A DNA stretch of 64,000 bases, taken from Amoebidium appalachense. Taxonomy: Eukaryota > Protista > Ichthyosporea. Numbering within the stretch: position 1 is the stretch's first letter; each line of letters opens with the position of its first letter. The notes beneath the pieces were generated by a model. The model saw only the letters and a program-made list of their open reading frames with translations, was not told the DNA's origin and did not search any database. Location of the stretch: positions 7,388,830 through 7,452,829 of the forward strand of contig CAVNZM010000008.1 in the NCBI GenBank assembly GCA_963693365.1. The letters are read 5' to 3'. A program made the translations under genes and the position numbers. Positions 1 through 64,000 of the stretch are shown here, piece after piece.

Positions 1-15
1 CGCGCGCGCGCCCGT

Positions 16-55
<40 letters not shown>

Positions 56-689
56 ATGCTTGTGTGTGCGAGGTGTGTGTGCACGTGTGCAAGGAGCGGC
101 ATGTGGTGATAATGTATGTGTACGTGTGTGTGTGCCCACACATGTGTGTGCGCATGTTCATGTCTGTGTGTGGTGTCCGTTTGTGTATACGTCGTGCAGG
201 ATGTGAGTTGCGAGAAGGGGAAGTGGTGTTGTGTATGCTTGATGGAGTAGAAGAACGCAAAAAAAAAAGAAAACATGCTGATGTAAGTGCACGCGCCGAC
301 ATATGTATGCACCTGATAAATATACACAAAAACACACCGTCTTTCCAAGGGGCGCAGTGGGTCAAATATAACCCCCTAAGATGTTATAGTGGTAGCGGTG
401 GTGTCTGTTGTCTGTACGTGTGCAGGTAGGTGGGAGAGAAGGGAGTACACACGCGTGGGTGCGTGTGTGCGCATACGTGTATGTGTGCGTGTGTGCGCGT
501 GTGCGCACACGTTTTTTTTTTTGTGTGTGTGTGTGCGCGCGTGTTTGTGTTCGTTTGTGCCTGTGTATGTGTTTTGTGTGTATATGTGTGCATGTGTTTG
601 TGTGTGGGTAGCTTGGGGAAGTGGGCTTGGGAATAAGGGGAGACCCGGGGGGGGGGGGGGGGGGGGGGGGGGAGGGGGGGGTTATCAAC

Positions 690-3684
<2,995 letters not shown>

Positions 3685-5600
3685 TTTCGAAGATTTGTTT
3701 TGGATCTACCCTTTATTGTAATCAAGAAACACGGTGGATTTTTAGGATCTCTAAAACAAGTATGTCGCTATTTGGACGAGATGCGTATTCGACCTGGGTG
3801 TGCTTGTGAGGGTGTTGAGAGAATAATTATAAGTGAAAGATGACGGCGACCGCAAGTCGCAAGGGGAGGATTTCCGCTCATGAACGGTTCATAGGTTCAT
3901 CAGCTGCAGCCTTCGAAGCCCTCAAGTAAAGGTCGGAAAAGGCCCAAGGATGCAGAGAAGTGGAGTTGGGTTTTACCTGATTTTTATTGAGTGACCTGAC
4001 AGAACCCCCTAACAAAGAAACAGCTACGAAGTGAATTGTGTGAGTGGCTGGTCGTGGTATGGCATGCGTTTCGTACGTGCAGCATACGGCGGTGCGAGAA
4101 GAAATATCACTTCTTCACCAAGCTTGGTTCATACCATCACTTCAACCAACAAATTTAAACGCTCGCAAGTACGGTTCTTGCGCGTACTACTGTTTTTTCT
4201 CCGTGTTCTACTCTATAGCAAAGCAGGAAACTAACTTTTGGGGGGGTATGTGTATCTTTTTGCAGACCTGTCATAAATAAAACTATATAAAAAATATGAA
4301 TATTCTCCTGAGTGAACCAACACTAACCTTGCGTTCTGCCTTCACCCAGAAAGTTGAAGGGAAGGGAACCGTGGTAACGCTACCCAAACACTGTGACTGG
4401 CGAAACACGCACCACGACCAGCCCTATTCAGCCAACCGGAACATAGATGTACACTCCTCTTGAGCCAAATCTTACAGCTACTTCCTATTGGTTAACTCCT
4501 CACCCCCTGAATCCCCTAAGATCTCCTGCAAACGGGGGATGGTGATTTGTGTTGCAGCAAGAAATGATCGCCTCAGACCGCTCGGCTAATAATAATTTCT
4601 ATTAATCATAGTCCAGGCATTAGTAACATGGCTTATAAGGTTCCAATAGCTGAATTACTAACTAATCAAATAAACAAATGTGTATTAAGATCATTTCCCC
4701 CCTTTTTTTCCTTTTTTATGATCATTTTACATTCATATTATGTAACATATATAAACCAAATTTCAAGAACCGCGAATCGACCCACGAAAGCAACTCGCTG
4801 AGGACTCTATTCTTCGATCACAGACCAATAGGAACCAGATATTTTGGACCATATTTGGGGAAAGTTTTCCCGCCAATTTTCAAAGCTCAGTGCCAGGCTG
4901 GCAGATGGCATCCCTTCTCTGAGAGTTCTCTTTCAACATCAACATCGCGATAACACGTTAGTCGTTCACTGAACGGTCTGACAGAAAGGGCACTCTAAAA
5001 GCGAAAAAAGAAAGCTGTTTAGGTGATGTTGCAAGACAGGCAATACCGGATTTCTAGCTAAGGAAGAATATCCAGTGCCTTTTATATGATAGTACAGTAG
5101 TTGCAGTGCCCAACCACCAAGGATCAAGCACTCACCCCATAGAATTTGTGAGCCTCAGTTGTAGGATTATAACGTACACGTGGCCCTGGGTCTGTGCATA
5201 ATAGTATGTTGATAGAACACCCCCAAAAAAACCTCTCTCTAGATTCATATCTACAGCTGAACCGTCAACCTGCATGTGACTTGACTAGACGTTAGCTATA
5301 GGTTATTATAACCTAATGTATACGCAAGACTACTGCTCCTTTCCTGGCGAAAGTTATGATAAATTAGTGCAAACATGTCATACTGTTTCCAAAGACCTCA
5401 ATAGCCACTTCTTTTTCCATTAAAAATCGGGGCTTAAACAGACATACGCCACGCCAGCACGCCACGCCCCACACCCACGAAGAACCGAAAATCTAAATAC
5501 ACAGAGTTGACGAACTTCTTAAAGCAGCTGACACTATTTTTAAAGTTTATCGAGCAAAAGTTTGCACCCGTCGTTTTTGTGACAGTTTGGAAGAGCCATC
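3685..5600. promoter_or_regulatory. Divergent intergenic/promoter region shared by the PRR5-like gene and MSH4
   Basis: Lies between two head-to-head ATGs and has no long microsatellites. No specific element identified. Confidence 0.5.
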
Positions 5601-37234
<31,634 letters not shown>

Positions 37235-38372
37235 TGTTTGTGTTTGTTCGTATATGCACGAGACAACTAGAAGAAGGCGCTAGCCGTGCAACTATTATTA
37301 TTATAGATGCGCGATAGCCTGTCGGGTGCACAAGCGGCAGTACTAGTCATGCCATGTATCCAAGTGTGCTTGTAGGTCGGCATGCATGTGCGTAAATAAG
37401 CTATGTTGGTGTGTGAGAACGGTTACCCATAATATTATCCGTGTAGCAGAAAAACTAAGGAATACTCGTAACCGGGCATGTGTGCTTGTGTGTGTGTGGA
37501 AAAGATGTGGGAGTTGAGGGGCACAGAAGGGAGGGGAAGGGGGGAGAGGAGGGGGGGGGGGGGGGGGGGGGGGAGGGGGGGGGAGGGGGGAATGCACAGG
37601 CTGAAAAAGAGACATGGCTATGCTTTTGTTAGATTTTCCGGCCTACTATATAGTACCTGTAATTTATTCATCTTATAGCTGTAATTCGAGTTGATATAGA
37701 TTACCTGCCTACTGGATTCTACCGCAACAATACTATACATGTAAGTCAGATATCCAACTGGACTTACAGCCAAATAAATATGTAATTGCCTGCCTGCCAA
37801 ACCCACTGCCACTGCCGTTTGCAGTCGGTGGTTGGGCCGCACAATAAAAGGGGAAGCCGGCCGTGAGTTTAAGTGGTATTCACTCTCAAACAGTCCCGTG
37901 AGACGGATTACATCTAGAAGGCCAGGGCAAAAGAAATAAAGAAAGAATGGAAAAAGGGAATAACAACACAAAAGAAAAGAAAGAAAGAAAAAAAGGATTT
38001 AAAAATTCGTATCGCCTGGCTGCTGGATCTGCCACAACTGCTATAACAAACCAAAATCAAAATACGCACCCGAAACAGATTCGAAGCTACAGGTCTACCG
38101 CATCCATGTGTAATGTTTGACCCATAAGCCATACGAACGTAAACTCTATTGTACTGGGTGTGTGAAATGTGTATGTACATATACCCATTATAGACCTCAT
38201 AGCCGTTTGGTGTTGTATTTACCCAGAAAGCACAAAATAAGATAGAAATCTCTCTGGGAAAAAAAAAAAACAAATCCTGCAATGCCCCCAAAAAGCAATA
38301 ACCATACAGCACAAGTGCCCAATGGCCAATTAAATAAATCCCCTTAAAAATCCGTCGATTGTATTGGGTGAA

Positions 38373-60798
<22,426 letters not shown>

Positions 60799-62884
60799 GG
60801 TAATCGTACAAGTCGAAAAGTCAACAAAAACGAAGATGAAGAAGCTAGTCTAAGAAGCAGGGGGGGAAAACCGGAATTAGAGAGATGAAAGGTAGGAAGT
60901 GTGTGTGTATAATAAAGCCATATGTTGTGTTTATTTACAGACTAGCAGGCAATTATACATGCGCATCGATGCTCATTAGCGGCAATGGGCTGGCCTACTT
61001 GCGCCATGGCATCATGCTCATGTGCCCACACATGGTGTGACATTTCAGTGGCATCAATGTTTGTATTGTGTTTGTAAACACAGCCAGAGCCAAGAATATA
61101 TATGTCCAAGCTTTGCATGAACCGAACGTCGGGCTTCGGGGGCAAAGGGCGCAAAAGAGGCATGTTTTGAGCCAAGATGGTTTCTTCAAGGGCCGGCCGC
61201 TCACCAACTATCCTTCTAAACCACACAGCATAGGAGCTCTTCATCAGAGGTTTGATTTTCCATTTTGCCAGAATGTGACATGATGCCATGTTCTAAAAGG
61301 ATAAAGTTAATTTATAAGAAATATTCTACATTATAAAGCAGATAGAAATTTTTTTTGGAGTTTTAAGCGGCGTTATAATGCCTTTTGTAATTTCAGAAGG
61401 TTTTACAAGATCCCACTATTTGGCTTGGAAATGTTACTTTCAGAGATGAAAATTGAGGACAACACTGCATCTTAAGCCCCACAGTAGCTCTGCAGGGATT
61501 ATGCATAGCGCATTAGTGATTGGCTAGTATCTATTATCGCGCCCGATTGGCGGCTATTTTTCGGATCGTTGCACTCAGTCACTTGTCAAAGAACTATTCC
61601 ATGTGTACATATACAGCAAATGTTACAAAGCGGATTCATAGCCTTCCCAAGCAAAAGAAAAAAATCAAAGTTGATCTTTAGAAGTTGTAGAAGCATTGTA
61701 CTCCTATCTGTGTACTGCATTCGTTTGGTTTGGGGTACATACCTTAGCCTTTTTAAAATACGCCAATCAAATCACTGAATATGTCAAATAGATCACAAAT
61801 CTGGAGTCACAGTGGACGGCCGGCAGGCTGCAGCCTGAGAGTCACAAGTTTTCATTATGTCATGGTGAGGCTTACACATGTAAAGGTAGCCCTACCTATA
61901 TGAGATAAATAATATTTATGAGTAGAGAGCGATTATGGGTGTTTGAGTTGTCAAACTGGTTGCAAGACCTTACATACAGCACTCTTGAATTTGTTCGGCG
62001 TGGCCATGCCGCCATCGCGATCATCTTGAGTCGGCGCGCGGAGGCCTGCGTGATTCATCGTCCGATATCTCCAATGATCCGCTGGGCATCGTGCGTACGT
62101 GAGTTTCATTAGAATCTCTACAGTGCAGTCTTTCATTATTGTGTGTCACAACAAATATGCTGCTTTTTATTTTTTGGCAGTCCCTAAGACCCCATCGTAC
62201 ATACACAGTCCGGCCCCCTGAACTGCTGCAGTCCACCGTGGTCCGCCGCAATAGGGCAGGGAAGTTTCTTTAAAGCAACCACCGCTACTTCCATTTTAGC
62301 TGTTGGGCGGGGAGCCACATTGGTGACGTCACTCTGTATACAAATTCCATGATGCCGTGTCGCCCTAAAAAGGACGCCAAAGGCTGAAACGTATGTCAAC
62401 ATCGGTATTTGACACAATTCGATAGAGTCTCTTGATTGGTGAGACGCATTTGAGAAATGTGGCTCTCGCCCAGACACTAAAATGGAAGAAGCGGTGGTTG
62501 GTTTAATATGTTATTTGCGCAATCACCTTCCGCTCTATCATAAAGGTCTCCATAGAATTTCTTTTAGGCGCCGATTGCGCAATCACTTAGCAACCAAACA
62601 CTGACCTGCGACTGCGCAGTGTTTCGGCTGTCTCAAGGCTTGTGTTGGTGTCTTAGCAAATGATTTATTGCTCAAATATCAACGGTAAACTGCAAACTCC
62701 TCTTTCTTTAGAGCAACATAACGCACACCAAGCCTACAGTTGTGAGTGGAAGGCCTCTTCTCCCACACACACTTTCTGTTCGGACCGTTTACCAAGGCTT
62801 TTCCTAATATTAATTAATGGAAGCCTACCCCAGGCGTTGAAGCATTTTACTCACTCCCTAGTTCAGTAGTTTAAAGGCTTAAGA
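60799..62884. promoter_or_regulatory. Divergent intergenic/promoter region between the giant gene and the p24-like gene
   Basis: Lies between head-to-head ATGs, has no long SSRs and contains the TTAA MITE. Confidence 0.45.
62274..62502. mobile_element. 229-bp MITE with TTAA target duplication (Kolobok- or piggyBac-type)
   Basis: Imperfect TIRs of about 48 bp: AGCAACCACCGCTACTTCCATTTTAGCTGTTGGGCGGGGAGCCACATT versus the reverse complement of 62456-62502, ACCAACCACCGCTTCTTCCATTTTAGTGTCTGGGCGAGAGCCACATT. TTAA at 62270-62273 and 62503-62506. Confidence 0.8.
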
Positions 62885-62998
62885 ATGAGGATACAGGCTT
62901 CTGTTTTGAGCGTGTGGGCCCTTGTGTCCTGCATGTTGGCGGGCTACGTCAGTGGCATGGCGACATATTACATAACGGTGCCGGCAGGAGAAGAGATG
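62885..62998 (+). CDS. First exon of a probable p24/TMED (emp24/gp25L, GOLD-domain) cargo receptor; gene continues beyond the window
   Basis: MRIQASVLSVWALVSCMLAGYVSG-MATYYITVPAGEEM followed by a gtaaga donor. This is a signal peptide plus a sequence resembling the p24 start motif (hydrophobic-T-V-P-A-G-E-x-x-C-F). The Cys-Phe would fall in the next exon, which I did not find. Confidence 0.6.
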
Positions 62999-63128
62999 GT
63001 AAGAGGGCATGTGGGTGGGAGTGAGAAAGAATGCGGGAGAGTAGGTGGGAGTGGGAGGGAGGGAGGAAGGAAGGCGGGGGGGAGGGGGGGAGGGGGGGGA
63101 AGGGAGGTGGCGAGAGAGAAGCGGGGGG

Positions 63129-63210
<82 letters not shown>

Positions 63211-63218
63211 ATGGTGTG

Positions 63219-63271
<53 letters not shown>

Positions 63272-63317
63272 TTGCGTGTGTGCGTTTGCGTGTGTGTGTA
63301 TGTGTATGTGTGTGTGT

Positions 63318-63349
<32 letters not shown>

Positions 63350-64000
63350 TTGTGTGTGTGTTTTCGTGTGTGTGTGTGTGCGCTTGCGCACGTTTAGTGT
63401 GCTGAGCGTGTGTATGGGCACCTGTACTTATGGATGAGAAATGGGTAAATCGGGGTATGTTGGGAAGGGAGGGAAGAAGACTGGCAATCATAGGAAGATC
63501 ATGTGATATGACAGGGTGGCCTGTGGGAAGATACACCTGGAAAGTGTTGTTGTTGATGGCAATGGGCCGGACGAACGGAGGCACCTCTAACACTCAATGA
63601 ATTAGGTTGATGGGGTTGCCTCTGTGTGTACGTGGCTGAGGAAAAATGATGGGAGACGGGGGGGGGGGGGGGGGGGGAAGGGGGGGGGGGAGGGGAGGAA
63701 TCTTGGATTGGGCAAGATCGAGTGCGAGGTGGAGCACGCCCAACGGAGGAGGGGGAGTGAGATGTTGTTTATCTCTGTCACGCGCGCGCCCCCGCCCCCG
63801 CGTGCGCACGCACAGACACACACACACACACACACACACACACAACCACCCCTCTCTCCCCTTCCCTTTCTCACACCAGCACACAACTGTCGCTGTCTCG
63901 CTCTGCCCCCCCTCTCCCCTTTTTGTTCCCTCCCTCCCTCCCTCTCTCACTCTCTCACTCTCTCTCTCTCTCTCTCTCCCCCCCCCCCCCGCTCTCTCCC

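Noticed and set aside
37636-37926. Possible GGCC-terminated inverted-repeat element in the convergent intergenic region
   Set aside because: Only about 15 bp of loose complementarity and no clear target duplication.
61918-62253. Short ORF with an intron-like gtacgt...ttttggcag segment
   Set aside because: No coherent reading frame or recognisable product; could be a non-coding or UTR exon but cannot be supported.

Overview
Intron-rich eukaryotic DNA, most likely from a unicellular opisthokont/holozoan (inferred from the animal-like MSH4 and PRR5 sequences). Almost all ORF-track entries are artefacts of intronic poly-C/poly-G, (CA)n and (GA)n tracts. Manual GT-AG splice tracing gives four protein genes. 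(1) A partial PRR5/Protor-like mTORC2 subunit (-, 3684 to <=690). (2) A complete meiotic MutS homologue MSH4 (+, 5601-37178; 42 exons, 900 aa, microexons down to 7 nt). (3) An unrecognised giant gene (-, 60798-38373; 22 exons, ~3,270 aa) with an N-terminal signal-anchor and an acidic, disordered body built from duplicated exons carrying repeated short motifs; it has one apparent +1 frameshift. (4) The first exon of a probable p24/TMED gene (+, 62885-62998). Also present: an intronic tRNA-Ser(AGA), two MITE-like elements (TA and TTAA target duplications) and two minisatellites. The best novelty candidates are the giant membrane-anchored motif-array protein and an apparent simple-repeat-assisted splicing code. 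All protein comparisons are from memory; no database search was run.
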